Shown here: positions 1-9,833 of the stretch, piece by piece
Layout of the letters: each line of letters starts with the position of its first letter
Position numbering within the stretch: the first letter of the stretch is position 1
Source of the DNA: a virus
Taxonomy: Duplodnaviria > Heunggongvirae > Uroviricota > Caudoviricetes
Strand: one strand, 5' to 3'
DNA length: 64,000 nt
IMG/VR virus record: IMGVR_UViG_3300027659_000024
The notes under the pieces: generated by a model
Seen by the model: the letters and a program-made list of their open reading frames with translations, nothing else
What the model was told of the DNA's origin: nothing
Database searches by the model: none
Position numbers and translations under genes: made by a program

Positions 1-1124
1 TCATCAGCGTAAAGACTTACGGATTTGCTGTACATGAAAAAGTGTACAAAAGAAGACTAAAAAGTAAAGGTTCTAAATACAACGATGGTCTGATTGGTTG
101 GAAAAAACTGGCACCTCGTTCTCAAGATACTATTGATAAATTTTTATTTGACGACAATGGGCGAGAATTAATTGGTGTTCAACAAAATCTAGGTAGAGTA
201 CAAGACTACTACAATAGATTTTCTAAACTAACCGATCAGGAAATTAATATCCCAAGATCAAAGTTTCTTTTATTTAGAACAGGAAAAAACCGTGGAAATC
301 CGTTTGGTAGATCTGCTTTGCGCGATTGTTATTTTTCTTGGAAGTTTCTTACACAAATTGAAGAGATTGAAGCTGCTGGTGTAGCTCGTGACCTTCAGGG
401 TATGCCGATTTTACACATACCCGCTGCGTATATGACACCAGATGCCACTGCTTCTCAAAAAGCAATCTATGAAGAATACAAAAAGATTATTAGAAACATT
501 CAACAGAATCAACAGTCTGGTTTGGTGTTACCTTCAGAGGTAGACCCAGATACAAAGACACCGCTCTTTAAACTGGAGTTGTTAGGTACTGAAGGAAAAA
601 AGAATTTTAATACAGAAAACATTAAGAATTACCACAAAAATAACATTTTGACTGCTTTGTTTGCAGACATAATGATCATGGGTCAAAGTACTACTGGATC
701 ATATGCGCTTGGTACTCTTAAGAACAATCTGATGGGTATTGCTGTTGAATCTGTACTAAAAGAGATTCAGGCCGTTCTAAATGAAGATTTAATCAAACAG
801 ACTTACGAATTAAATGGGTGGGATACTTCGCGTTTACCTAAAGTAATTTACGATGATTTCCAAGAAGAAAACTTAGAAGAGTTCTCAAAGTTTATTCAAA
901 GAGTTGCATCTGTTGGTCTGGTTGAGATTGACAGACCAGTCCTCAACAAAATTCGGTCAGCAATGGGTGTAGAACTTTATCCTGCTGACATGGAACCACA
1001 AGAAGACATTATGAGTGGTAATAATTCTAAGTCAGGTAACGAGCTTGGAAACCCTAATGAAGGCTCCAGACGGTCTGACAACGGTCAGAATGACAATGAT
1101 TCTAATTTGGAAAATTCTGCGTAA
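1..1124 (+). CDS. portal protein, 5'-truncated at window edge (ORF open to position 1; annotated GTG at 42)
   Basis: Open frame continues upstream of the window with no stop. Large protein at head of the capsid module, followed by scaffold and major capsid genes. Acidic C-terminus. Confidence 0.5.
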   Translation, partial: ISVKTYGFAVHEKVYKRRLKSKGSKYNDGLIGWKKLAPRSQDTIDKFLFDDNGRELIGVQQNLGRVQDYYNRFSKLTDQEINIPRSKFLLFRTGKNRGNPFGRSALRDCYFSWKFLTQIEEIEAAGVARDLQGMPILHIPAAYMTPDATASQKAIYEEYKKIIRNIQQNQQSGLVLPSEVDPDTKTPLFKLELLGTEGKKNFNTENIKNYHKNNILTALFADIMIMGQSTTGSYALGTLKNNLMGIAVESVLKEIQAVLNEDLIKQTYELNGWDTSRLPKVIYDDFQEENLEEFSKFIQRVASVGLVEIDRPVLNKIRSAMGVELYPADMEPQEDIMSGNNSKSGNELGNPNEGSRRSDNGQNDNDSNLENSA

Positions 1125-1139
1125 AGGTGAAATTATAAA

Positions 1140-1661
1140 ATGAGTAATCTGTATTCTCAAACAGAAATAGTATCTGATTCAGATCAATTGGCGATCCGAG
1201 ACGGCAGAATGTACCGGGCGTATTTTAAATTCACTGTAGCTCCTTTGACAACCAAGCAAATCTTAATAAAAACAGCTTCAGAAGTAATGACTGTATTTCA
1301 TGGTCGCTTTATAGATACAGTTGGTGCAAACGCACAACTTGTTATTTTCTCAGGACCGACTTTTAGCTCACAAGGCACTGAAAATCTAAAGAAATTTAAT
1401 ATGAATTCTTTAAGTCTAAATGTCACCACAGCTAGGTTCTGGGAGAACCCTGTTGTTAGTGTCAAAGGTTCTGAAGTTGACTCTCTTTTGTTAGCTGGTG
1501 GAAGTCAAGCTCACGTCACATCAGGATCTAGGGATGTAATGGAGTTTGAAAGAATATTTCCTCCGGATTTGTATTTTTTATCTGAATTTACTAATTTAGA
1601 TAATACCAACAGCCTAACTGTAGTTTATAAAGTTGTTTGGGAAGAAGTTTCTTTCGAATAA
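1140..1661 (+). CDS. hypothetical head-module protein
   Basis: ORF with SD AAGGTGA 7 nt upstream. Sits between portal and scaffold genes. Confidence 0.6.
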   Translation: MSNLYSQTEIVSDSDQLAIRDGRMYRAYFKFTVAPLTTKQILIKTASEVMTVFHGRFIDTVGANAQLVIFSGPTFSSQGTENLKKFNMNSLSLNVTTARFWENPVVSVKGSEVDSLLLAGGSQAHVTSGSRDVMEFERIFPPDLYFLSEFTNLDNTNSLTVVYKVVWEEVSFE

Positions 1662-1747
1662 AACAAAATAAAAATACTTAATGTAAGTATTGACTTTGTT
1701 AAATATTTATGATATAATTATATATAATAAGAAATTAAAGGTGGATT

Positions 1748-2140
1748 ATGAATAAAACCACTTATGTCACTTCTGTTAAAAAATCACTTAATGAAGAACT
1801 AAAGCAGGCTACTTTTATAGTACTAGAACCTGATGTAGTTGACGCACATGGTGATATATATGATGCAGAAGAAATAAGAAAAGCAAAAGAATCTTTCAAT
1901 AAGAGTTGTATGAGAGCAAATCTCTTGCATCTAGTCAATAATACAGATGCTTTTGAAATCATCGAAAGTTATATTTCCCCAGCAGACATGATAATCAATA
2001 ACCAAGCTGTACTTAAAGGCTCTTGGCTTTGCTCTTTACAGTTCAAAGATGAAGAGATTTGGGAAGGTGTTAAGGATGGAACATATAATGGTGTTTCAGT
2101 TGGTTGCAAAGCGTTTGTTGAGCGTTTGGAGGAAAACTAA
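1748..2140 (+). CDS. hypothetical head-module protein
   Basis: SD AAAGGTGGA. Preceded by promoter TTGACT-N17-TGaTATAAT. Confidence 0.6.
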   Translation: MNKTTYVTSVKKSLNEELKQATFIVLEPDVVDAHGDIYDAEEIRKAKESFNKSCMRANLLHLVNNTDAFEIIESYISPADMIINNQAVLKGSWLCSLQFKDEEIWEGVKDGTYNGVSVGCKAFVERLEEN

Positions 2141-3303
2141 TGAGTCAAGATACTCAAAACAAAACAAGAAAAGCTAAAAGAAAGTTAAGTGATTTTGATT
2201 TCAGTTCTCAAGACTCGCATATCGCTTTAGTTGGCCCTGTAGTCGGTGGCCCCGCAAATGAACGCACTACTCTAGTGTTCAAAGCTAATAAAAAATTCTC
2301 CGAAGAGACTATCCAAAAGATGCAGCAGATCCAAGTAACAATGGAACTTCCTGATTTTCTCAGAAAATTTTTTGATCTTTGGTACGAGGATGCAGAAATT
2401 CTTGCTCGGCTGATGGGTTATACACCATCAGAGCAAACTGAAGAATACGAAGAATTTGATTACGAAGATTATCTAGAAGAGAAATTACAGTCTTACACTA
2501 TTATTAAATCTCTAAAAGATAGTAAAAACTTGATCAACTCTCTTGCTGAATTAGATGAATCAGAATATCTCACTCTTTTACAAGACCAAGAGAAAATTGA
2601 AAAATACATGAAAGACTCAAAAGAGTCTAAAGAATCTACAAAGGGTAAACGCCCTGCTAGAAAAAGCTCAACTGAGGTTAACTCTGACGTTGGTGCTGAC
2701 ACTGAAGCCGAAGCAATTGCTAAAGCTGAAAATCCTGCTAATAAGTTTGTACTTTACAAACAAAAAAGCGATGGGGGTTGGGAACCAACCAAAACTAAAG
2801 CTGAACTCGTGTTGAGTAAAGCCGTTGAAAACAAAGTTAACTTAGAGGAAAACATGACTGATAAAGTTACCGATTCTCAAGCTGCTAAGCAAACTGTAGA
2901 AGTTGTAGAGAAGTCTGCACTTGAAGCAATTGAAAAAGCTGCCAAAGAAGAAAAAGAAACCTTGGAAAAAGCTCTCGCTAAACAGACTGAAGATTTGCAA
3001 AAAGCTTTGGCTATTGTAGCAGAATTTGAAAAAGAAAAGAAAGAGGCAATTACTAAATCTAGATTTGCTGCTGTAAAAGATGCCGTTAAAGATGAAGCAA
3101 AAGCAGAAGTTCTGTTTAAAGCTTTAAATCTGGTTGAAGATGCTGTCGAATTTGAGACTGTAGTTAAAGCCCTGAAAGATATGTCCGATCTTGCTGAAAC
3201 AGGCGAATTGTTCGTAGAAAAAGGTGTAAGCGTAGAAGGTGAAGGTACTAAAGAAAGTGCTGTAGCAAAACTTCTGAAAGCCCAAGCTACTAAAAATAAA
3301 TAA
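2140..3303 (+). CDS. scaffolding protein (putative)
   Basis: 387 aa, highly acidic, E/K/A-rich and predicted coiled-coil. Lies immediately upstream of the major capsid gene. Start overlaps the previous stop (TAATG). Confidence 0.55.
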   Translation: MSQDTQNKTRKAKRKLSDFDFSSQDSHIALVGPVVGGPANERTTLVFKANKKFSEETIQKMQQIQVTMELPDFLRKFFDLWYEDAEILARLMGYTPSEQTEEYEEFDYEDYLEEKLQSYTIIKSLKDSKNLINSLAELDESEYLTLLQDQEKIEKYMKDSKESKESTKGKRPARKSSTEVNSDVGADTEAEAIAKAENPANKFVLYKQKSDGGWEPTKTKAELVLSKAVENKVNLEENMTDKVTDSQAAKQTVEVVEKSALEAIEKAAKEEKETLEKALAKQTEDLQKALAIVAEFEKEKKEAITKSRFAAVKDAVKDEAKAEVLFKALNLVEDAVEFETVVKALKDMSDLAETGELFVEKGVSVEGEGTKESAVAKLLKAQATKNK

Positions 3304-3322
3304 TAATTATTGGAGAATATAA

Positions 3323-3721
3323 ATGACAGTTTTTGCGACAGAGGCACGCCGCTTCTCAAATCTGGTTAAACAAGAATTGTGGCCCGAAACCGCATATTGC
3401 CGAGCAGTCGTAACAGTAAATGAGTCTACTGCTAAAAGTTATGTAGTTGGTACGGCATTGGGTAAGGTTACTGTTGGTGGTAAGTATAAAATTTCTGTAG
3501 TTGGTGCAGGTGATGGTTCTGAAACCGTAGACGCTATTGTACTACAAGAAGTTTCTGTTCCAGCTACTACTGATACTAAAGTACTGGTTTTGATTAAAGG
3601 CCCAGCAGAAGTTTCTAAGTTCGGTATCGTACTTGATGCTTCATACGATCTAGATGCTGAAAAGAATGCTGCTTACGCTGCTCTAGAAGCCAAAGGCATT
3701 AACGTATTGGATGCTGTTTAA
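3323..3721 (+). CDS. small head protein (possible decoration or capsid accessory)
   Basis: 132 aa, Gly/Val-rich and beta-rich. Lies between scaffold and major capsid genes. Confidence 0.45.
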   Translation: MTVFATEARRFSNLVKQELWPETAYCRAVVTVNESTAKSYVVGTALGKVTVGGKYKISVVGAGDGSETVDAIVLQEVSVPATTDTKVLVLIKGPAEVSKFGIVLDASYDLDAEKNAAYAALEAKGINVLDAV

Positions 3722-3757
3722 TCAGCCTCTTAAAATAAATATAAGGATATATTAAAA

Positions 3758-4768
3758 ATGGCAACTATTCGTAGTTTTGAAAAACCTTTTGAGGTCGTAG
3801 ACTATACTGAGGAATTGATGTTGATTCCTAACCAATGGGGTCTAGTCAATGAACTCGGTATTTTCCGAAATGAATCTATCGCCCAACACTCTATTACTAT
3901 CGAAAAAATGGATGGTACTCTAGGTTTGATTACTGACCAAGTTCGCGGTGCGCGTAATCTGGTTAACAAAGACGACACACGTCAGTTGTTGTCTTTCTCT
4001 GTTCCGCACTTCCCACTGGATGACGGAATCAGCCCAAATGATATTCAAGGTAAGCGTGCGTATGGTCAACCTGATGCTGCCGAGACTGAAGCTGCTGTAA
4101 TTGCTCGTAAGCTTGCTCGTATTCGTCAGAACCATGCAGTAACTATGGAAGCTGCTCGTTGCTTCGCTATCACCAATGGTGCTATCTACGCCCCTAACGG
4201 TACTGTTGTAGGTAACTACTACACTTCGTTTGGTGTAACTCGCAAAGAAGTTGACTTTGTTTTGGACGTTGGTACTACTGACGTTATTGCAAAAGGCGAA
4301 GAAGTTATTGCCCACATTCAAGATAATATTTTGTCTGGTGAAGCAGTGAGTTCTGTTACCGCTATCTGTTCACCAGAATTCTTTGCTGCTTTGATTGCTC
4401 AAGCTGGTGTTAAAGAAGCTTACAAGTATTACAGTTCTACTCAAGAACCTCTGCGTACTCGTTTGGGTTCTGGTTTGTATCGTAGGTTTGACCACGGCGG
4501 TATTGAATACATTGAATATCGCGGTTCTTACAACGGTACTCGTTTGATTCCTGCTGGTGATGCGTACTTTATCCCTCGTGGTACTGCTGATATGTTTATC
4601 AGCTACTTCTCTCCTGCTAACAAGTTTAGTCATGTTGGTACATTAGGCGAAGAAGCTTATGCATTCACATATCGTGATCCTAAAGATGAACAAATCTTGG
4701 TTCAAACGGAACACAATGCTATTCATCTCGTGAGAAGGCCTAGCGCATGTGTGAGAGGGTTCGCTTAA
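3758..4768 (+). CDS. major capsid protein (putative)
   Basis: 336 aa. Strong SD, downstream of scaffold, followed by a hairpin terminator. Position and size are typical of an HK97-fold major capsid protein. Confidence 0.6.
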   Translation: MATIRSFEKPFEVVDYTEELMLIPNQWGLVNELGIFRNESIAQHSITIEKMDGTLGLITDQVRGARNLVNKDDTRQLLSFSVPHFPLDDGISPNDIQGKRAYGQPDAAETEAAVIARKLARIRQNHAVTMEAARCFAITNGAIYAPNGTVVGNYYTSFGVTRKEVDFVLDVGTTDVIAKGEEVIAHIQDNILSGEAVSSVTAICSPEFFAALIAQAGVKEAYKYYSSTQEPLRTRLGSGLYRRFDHGGIEYIEYRGSYNGTRLIPAGDAYFIPRGTADMFISYFSPANKFSHVGTLGEEAYAFTYRDPKDEQILVQTEHNAIHLVRRPSACVRGFA

Positions 4769-4799
4769 TAGCTGAATATAAAAATTTAGCTTAATACTT

Positions 4800-4817
4800 G
4801 AGAGCCGAAAGGCTCTC
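4800..4817 (+). terminator. hairpin after major capsid gene (weak U-tract)
   Basis: GAGAGCC-GAAA-GGCTCTC stem-loop. Confidence 0.4.
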
Positions 4818-4896
4818 TTGTAACATAAATATTTTGTTTACTTTTCAGATTATTTATGTTACAATTCTTTATTAAAGAGATTGATAAAGGAGAGTT

Positions 4897-5901
4897 ATGA
4901 ATAAAAACATTATTAAAAAGTCTAATGCTTTCGTCTTTACACAAGATCAATTAGACTTTATTTGTGAAAAATATTTTGAAAATGGCAACACAAAGTTTTG
5001 TGAGAAGTATTTTGAAGTAAGTAGGTACGTTATTCTCAATGCGATTAGGAAAAATAACAAAAAAATTATAAAAATATCTGATAGAAAATTCTATCGTGGT
5101 GTAAAAATTGACAGAACCTGTTTTTCTGATTTTTCAAAAGAACCTGATTCATATTTTTACGGATTACTTTTGGCAGACGGAAATCTCAGCAAGAGAGGTA
5201 ACATGGTTTCTATAAGTTTGGATCACAAAGACAAAGATATATTAATTAAATTTAAATCTTGGTTAAAATCAAACAACACTTTCAAACATAGATCCTATAC
5301 CACCAGAGAAGGTGGCAAGCAGAGCAACGAAGTCTCTTTTTGTTTTGGAGACAAAATAATATCTGACAATCTCAGAAAACAAGGTTTCGAACCAAACAAG
5401 ACAACAAGAGAAAAACTTCCAAAGTTTTTAAAAAACAGTAAAGAGTCAGAAAGACACTTTTGGAGGGGTTTTGTTGACGGCGATGGACATATTGCACAAA
5501 GACACAGTTCAATTTTAGAACTTTGTGGAAGTTTAGAAATCATGCAGGGATTTACTTCTTTTTGTTCAGAACTACTGAAAAAAGAAATAAAAACATTCAG
5601 AGAAGACTGTACAAGTAAAAACTTTTACAGGGTAGCTTACTCTGGTGAAGATGCCAGAAAGATTGTACAATATTTGTATTCAGATTGTGAGTATTTTTTA
5701 GAAAGAAAACAAACATTTGTACAGATATTTAAAGAGTTCGGTGATAAAGTTTTAGTTAAAAAGTGTGGATTACCTAAGTCGGAAAAGTACATAAGAAAAC
5801 AAAAGAACAATTATACTCTTCAGGTAAATGGAGTTTATTTAGGATCTTTTAAATCTTTAGATGAAGCTAGGTGTTCTAGAGATAATTATTTAAAAAGTTA
5901 A
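4897..5901 (+). CDS. LAGLIDADG-family homing endonuclease (free-standing)
   Basis: Two LAGLIDADG-like motifs, YFYGLLLADGNL and FWRGFVDGDGHI. Inserted between capsid and connector genes. Confidence 0.65.
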   Translation: MNKNIIKKSNAFVFTQDQLDFICEKYFENGNTKFCEKYFEVSRYVILNAIRKNNKKIIKISDRKFYRGVKIDRTCFSDFSKEPDSYFYGLLLADGNLSKRGNMVSISLDHKDKDILIKFKSWLKSNNTFKHRSYTTREGGKQSNEVSFCFGDKIISDNLRKQGFEPNKTTREKLPKFLKNSKESERHFWRGFVDGDGHIAQRHSSILELCGSLEIMQGFTSFCSELLKKEIKTFREDCTSKNFYRVAYSGEDARKIVQYLYSDCEYFLERKQTFVQIFKEFGDKVLVKKCGLPKSEKYIRKQKNNYTLQVNGVYLGSFKSLDEARCSRDNYLKS

Positions 5902-5914
5902 AAGGTTAATTAAA

Positions 5915-6367
5915 ATGGCATTTACAGATATTGAAAAAGTCAGAATTGAAATTGGAGATACTGATGCTGCCATGCCAATTCTTTCTGATGACGAAATTCA
6001 ATACTTCTTAGATAAAAACGAAGGAAGTATTAGAAAAGCGTCTTTGGATTGTGCTAAAAGTATTTTATTCAGATTAGCTGCTTTTACCTTTGAAAGAGTT
6101 GATATCCTTGAGTATCGTGGTTCAGACTACTTTGCTCAGTACAGAAAAGCTCTTGAAATGTTTATTAGTAATCCTGAGTATGGATCTGTAAGCAACGCAA
6201 TGGGTTATGCTGGTGGAATAAGTATTTCTGACATTCAAGCAAACATAAATGACTCAGACGTAAATTACGTCAAAGTTGAAAAATCAATTCCTACCGACAA
6301 TACCGCCTATAACTTAAATAACGACTCTGCTTTTTCTCAAAGAGAACAGACACCTTTTGGGTTTTAA
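5915..6367 (+). CDS. head-tail connector or head completion protein (putative)
   Basis: Position directly after the capsid module. 150 aa. Confidence 0.45.
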   Translation: MAFTDIEKVRIEIGDTDAAMPILSDDEIQYFLDKNEGSIRKASLDCAKSILFRLAAFTFERVDILEYRGSDYFAQYRKALEMFISNPEYGSVSNAMGYAGGISISDIQANINDSDVNYVKVEKSIPTDNTAYNLNNDSAFSQREQTPFGF

Positions 6368-6378
6368 GGGGGAACTAA

Positions 6379-6744
6379 ATGACTGGACTATTTAATTCAA
6401 CTGAGAGACTAATTTACAGGTACGGAAAAGACTGCACTTATATCAAAGTACAAGAAGGTGTTTATGATGTAAACACAAGCTCAATGAGTGATGAAACAGA
6501 ATTTGAAGAAACAGTGAGGGCGTATAGGACTAAAACATCTTACTCTGAATCTCAAAACCCAAACTTGATTGGTAAAGATTCTGCTGTTTACTTAATTGCT
6601 GGAAAAAGTATAACTTTTGTTCCTGATGTAGGTGATAGAATTGTAGATGATGTAGATTCTACTGATTATCAGGTTCTGATGGTATCTAAAATAAATCTTC
6701 AAAATGCTGTAGGTCTTTGGCGACTGATATGTGTCAGGAGTTAA
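6379..6744 (+). CDS. head-tail joining protein (putative)
   Basis: Position. SD AAGGGGGAA. Confidence 0.45.
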   Translation: MTGLFNSTERLIYRYGKDCTYIKVQEGVYDVNTSSMSDETEFEETVRAYRTKTSYSESQNPNLIGKDSAVYLIAGKSITFVPDVGDRIVDDVDSTDYQVLMVSKINLQNAVGLWRLICVRS

Positions 6745-6745
6745 T

Positions 6746-7264
6746 ATGGCTAGAGTGTCTATGAACATCAGAGAATTACTTCGTGACTTAGGTGTTTTTG
6801 AAAAAAAGATTAACTACGGTATAGAGCAAGTTCTTGTAGAATACGTAACTGATGCAGTAAGAAGTCTTTCTGAAGCTACTCCTTTAGGTAACCCAGAAGA
6901 AAGAGATCCTTTCAGCAGATACTACAGACTTTACGCACTAAGACAACAAATAGAAGGTCACAGAATTGAAGGTGGTTTGGCTAGAGGTAACTGGAGAGTT
7001 ACTTTTAGAGATGGAGTCACAGGGGTTGTACAACAATACGATAAAGATCCTCAGATGACAGGTATCAGGGCATTCGAAAGAATGGATGGTGAGTACAAAT
7101 TGGGTTCTCCTATTTACATCATTAACAATGTTAAGTACATAGGTAAACTCCGTGAAGGATACTCTCCACAGGCTCCAGCAGGAAGTATAGATGCTGTAAT
7201 GGAGAATTACAGATCTTTAGGTAAATACAGAAGCATCTTTAATGCTGCACTTTCTGGGAGATGA
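6746..7264 (+). CDS. tail completion or neck protein (putative)
   Basis: Position. Start moved to ATG 6746 with SD CAGGAG. The track start at 6731 overlaps the previous gene. Confidence 0.45.
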   Translation: MARVSMNIRELLRDLGVFEKKINYGIEQVLVEYVTDAVRSLSEATPLGNPEERDPFSRYYRLYALRQQIEGHRIEGGLARGNWRVTFRDGVTGVVQQYDKDPQMTGIRAFERMDGEYKLGSPIYIINNVKYIGKLREGYSPQAPAGSIDAVMENYRSLGKYRSIFNAALSGR

Positions 7265-7680
7265 ACTTGGAATTACAAAACATAAGAAGGGCTTTTGAGA
7301 AAGCAGTTACTGCACTTAGTCCAGAAATAGATACCTTTTACGAAAATGCTCCCTCAGTTAAACCTACTCAGAAAAAAGCCTATCAAAAACTTCAATTAAT
7401 ACCTTTTAGAACCGAAAATCCTACTATTGGTGATAATTATTACAGGGAAGTTGGTGAATTTCAAGTTTTTCTATCTTATCCATCAAGAGAAGGAACAGAT
7501 AAGGCTTTAGAAAAAGCACAAGAAATAAAAGACTATTTTTTCAGAGGTAATACGCTGCTGGAAAATGAAACAGAGATAATCATTGAACGAACACCTTTTG
7601 TTGACAGAGGTGTAGTCATTGATGACAGGTATGTTGTTCCTGTAATAATTCAATACTTTGCAAGCGTTTTAAAACCTTAA
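7261..7680 (+). CDS. neck or tail terminator protein (putative)
   Basis: Position. Start overlaps the previous stop. Confidence 0.45.
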   Translation: MNLELQNIRRAFEKAVTALSPEIDTFYENAPSVKPTQKKAYQKLQLIPFRTENPTIGDNYYREVGEFQVFLSYPSREGTDKALEKAQEIKDYFFRGNTLLENETEIIIERTPFVDRGVVIDDRYVVPVIIQYFASVLKP

Positions 7681-7732
7681 AACGTTGGTTAGGTGAAATT
7701 TAAATTTGCAAATTTAATTAAGGAAATAAAAA

Positions 7733-8947
7733 ATGGCAAACATTGCTGAAGGTATTCGCAAGAGTATATTTTATAAAAAAGAAACAACTTTCGGTGAATT
7801 ACCCGGAGCTTCAGGCTCTAAATCTCTACGCAGGGTTACTGGTAACTTTAACCTAAACAAGGAAACATATCAGTCAGAAGAGATTCGTACTGACTACCAG
7901 ATGGTAGACTTTAGGCACGGCGTACGTTCAGTGGAAGGTACTTTAAATGGTGAATTGTCTCCTAAATCTTATTCTGATTTCTTTGCATCTGCTCTGGCTC
8001 GTAACTGGACTGCTGGTGTAGTAAGTGCCTCAGTAAGTCTAGATATTACAAGCGTACTTGGTGGATATGTAGTTAGTCGTGATTCTGGTTCTTTCGTAAC
8101 AGAAGGCTTCAAGGTTGGTGACGTTGTTCGTTTGTCAGGTGCAAACCTTGACCCAGCTAACGTATCTAAAAACCTTTTGGTAACTGCTGTAGCTGCATTG
8201 GATCTGGATGTTATTGTTTTGAATAACACTGCTCTTGTTGAAGAAACTGCTGCTCTTGTTAGTACAGTAACAGTAGTTGGTGCAAAAACTTATGCTCCAT
8301 TGACTGGTCACACATCTGACTCTTACACTTTTGAAGAATGGTATAACGATATCACCCAGTCAGAAGTCTTTACTGGTAACAAAGTCAATACAATCGGAGT
8401 GTCCCTTCCAGCTTCTGGTTTGACCACTGTAGACTTCGGTTTCATGGGTCAAGATTTGAAACAAACTGGTACAGTGCAGTATTTTACTTCTCCTGCACCT
8501 CAAGGTACAGACGGTATTTTTGCTGCTGTAAATGGTGCGTTGCTCGTTGGTGGTGAAAAAGTAGCGTTGGTTACTGGTGTAACTCTAAACGTTAACCGAA
8601 ATCTCTCTATGGAGGCTGTAGTAGGCTCTAATTTCCATCCTGAGATTTTCGATGGTCGTATTCTGGTAGATGGTGAATTTACAGCTTTCTTTGTGGGCGG
8701 ATCATTTAGAGATATTTTCAATAACGAAACTGAAGTGTCTTTGGTAATTAGTTTGACAACTTCTAATTTGAAAGACGCAGAATTTTTGACTTTTGTTTTA
8801 CCAAGAATCAAAGTTAATTCTGACACAAAAAATGACGGAGAAACTGGTATTGTTTCCACCCATAGCTTCCAAGCTTTGTTGAATTTTGCTGATAATAGCT
8901 TCGATTTAACCACTTTAGCAATGCAAGACAGCGCTGTTGTAGTTTAG
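7733..8947 (+). CDS. major tail protein (putative)
   Basis: 404 aa, beta-rich. Lies upstream of the chaperone and tape-measure genes and is followed by a strong terminator. Confidence 0.55.
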   Translation: MANIAEGIRKSIFYKKETTFGELPGASGSKSLRRVTGNFNLNKETYQSEEIRTDYQMVDFRHGVRSVEGTLNGELSPKSYSDFFASALARNWTAGVVSASVSLDITSVLGGYVVSRDSGSFVTEGFKVGDVVRLSGANLDPANVSKNLLVTAVAALDLDVIVLNNTALVEETAALVSTVTVVGAKTYAPLTGHTSDSYTFEEWYNDITQSEVFTGNKVNTIGVSLPASGLTTVDFGFMGQDLKQTGTVQYFTSPAPQGTDGIFAAVNGALLVGGEKVALVTGVTLNVNRNLSMEAVVGSNFHPEIFDGRILVDGEFTAFFVGGSFRDIFNNETEVSLVISLTTSNLKDAEFLTFVLPRIKVNSDTKNDGETGIVSTHSFQALLNFADNSFDLTTLAMQDSAVVV

Positions 8948-8953
8948 ACATAT

Positions 8954-8973
8954 ACCGCCTTCGGGCGGTTTTT
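8954..8973 (+). terminator. rho-independent terminator
   Basis: ACCGCC-TTCG-GGCGGT stem followed by TTTT. Confidence 0.7.
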
Positions 8974-8978
8974 ACAAA

Positions 8979-9665
8979 ATGAATAGAATACAACTTAGAA
9001 GATTTATAAAATCTAAATCAGAATATTCAAACTATGTTTATGGTTTGTATGATCAATTTGGGAATATTTTTTATGTTGGCGTGGGAACTAAATTTAGAGT
9101 TTGTCAACATTTTTCATTTTCACAAAAATCTAAAAAACCAAACATGAGACTGAATATAATTAGAAGTATTCACTCTCAAGGTTTTCAAATTTCTGCTGAA
9201 ATACTTGGTTTTTTCTATTATAGAAAAGAAGCTTTGCTACTAGAAAGAAAATTAATATCTGAGTTAGGTAGAAAAGACATCTCTACTGGGGTACTTTCAA
9301 ATTTGACAGACGGTGGGGAAGGTACACTAAGTGTGATAAAAACACTTTCAGAAGAAACAAAAAGAAAATTATCAGAAATTAATAAAGGTAAAGTTCTTAG
9401 TCCCGAAGTTAGAAAAAATATTTCTGAAGGTCATAAGAATCTTTTTAGAAGTAAAAAGCACGCAGAAAACCTCAGTAAAGCAAACTCCAAAATTAAGATA
9501 GTGTGTTTGGAAAACGATATTGTGTTTAATAATTTAAGAGAAGCAGAAGAATGGCTCAAATCACTTGGTCATTCAAAAGCTGACAGAAGAAATGTGCACA
9601 GATCAATAAAAACTAAAATGCGACATTGTGGTCATACTTTTGACTATTACAACCCCATTGGTTAA
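8979..9665 (+). CDS. GIY-YIG homing endonuclease with NUMOD3-like repeats
   Basis: N-terminal YVYGLYDQFGNIFYVGVG (GIY...YIG). C-terminal repeats ETKRKLSEINKGK and EVRKNISEGHK. Inserted between the major tail and chaperone genes. Confidence 0.75.
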   Translation: MNRIQLRRFIKSKSEYSNYVYGLYDQFGNIFYVGVGTKFRVCQHFSFSQKSKKPNMRLNIIRSIHSQGFQISAEILGFFYYRKEALLLERKLISELGRKDISTGVLSNLTDGGEGTLSVIKTLSEETKRKLSEINKGKVLSPEVRKNISEGHKNLFRSKKHAENLSKANSKIKIVCLENDIVFNNLREAEEWLKSLGHSKADRRNVHRSIKTKMRHCGHTFDYYNPIG

Positions 9666-9682
9666 CTCCAGTGGGGTTTTTT
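9653..9682 (+). terminator. rho-independent terminator
   Basis: CCCCATTGG...CCAGTGGGG stem followed by TTTTTT. Confidence 0.65.
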
Positions 9683-9706
9683 ATTATCTTTATTTTATAT
9701 AAAGTA

Positions 9707-9735
9707 TTGACTTTGATAATCAAAAGTGATATAAT
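9707..9735 (+). promoter_or_regulatory. sigma70-like promoter TTGACT-N17-TGaTATAAT
   Basis: Direct read. Same extended consensus as the promoters at 1690 and 20782. Confidence 0.55.
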
Positions 9736-9833
9736 ATCTTATATGCTGTGATATTACACAGCGAATATTAACTAGCTTCTTAACCAGATTGGTTCGGAGG
9801 CTTTTTTCGTTTAAAATTAAAAGGAGAATACAG

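Noticed and set aside
2877-3359. Minus-strand ORFs embedded in plus-strand structural genes, and other antisense ORFs in the track. Examples: 2877..3359, 3920..4321, 8500..8913, 11611..11832, 19066..19449, 41743..42132 and 51355..51729.
   Set aside because: They are fully nested antisense to well-supported genes, lack SD motifs, and have Ser/Thr/Ala-rich compositions typical of antisense frames of biased genes.
9776-9800. Possible tRNA near 'ccagattggttcggaggc', and a general tRNA scan of intergenic regions.
   Set aside because: No cloverleaf-compatible arms or GTTCGAATC T-loop box were found anywhere in the window.
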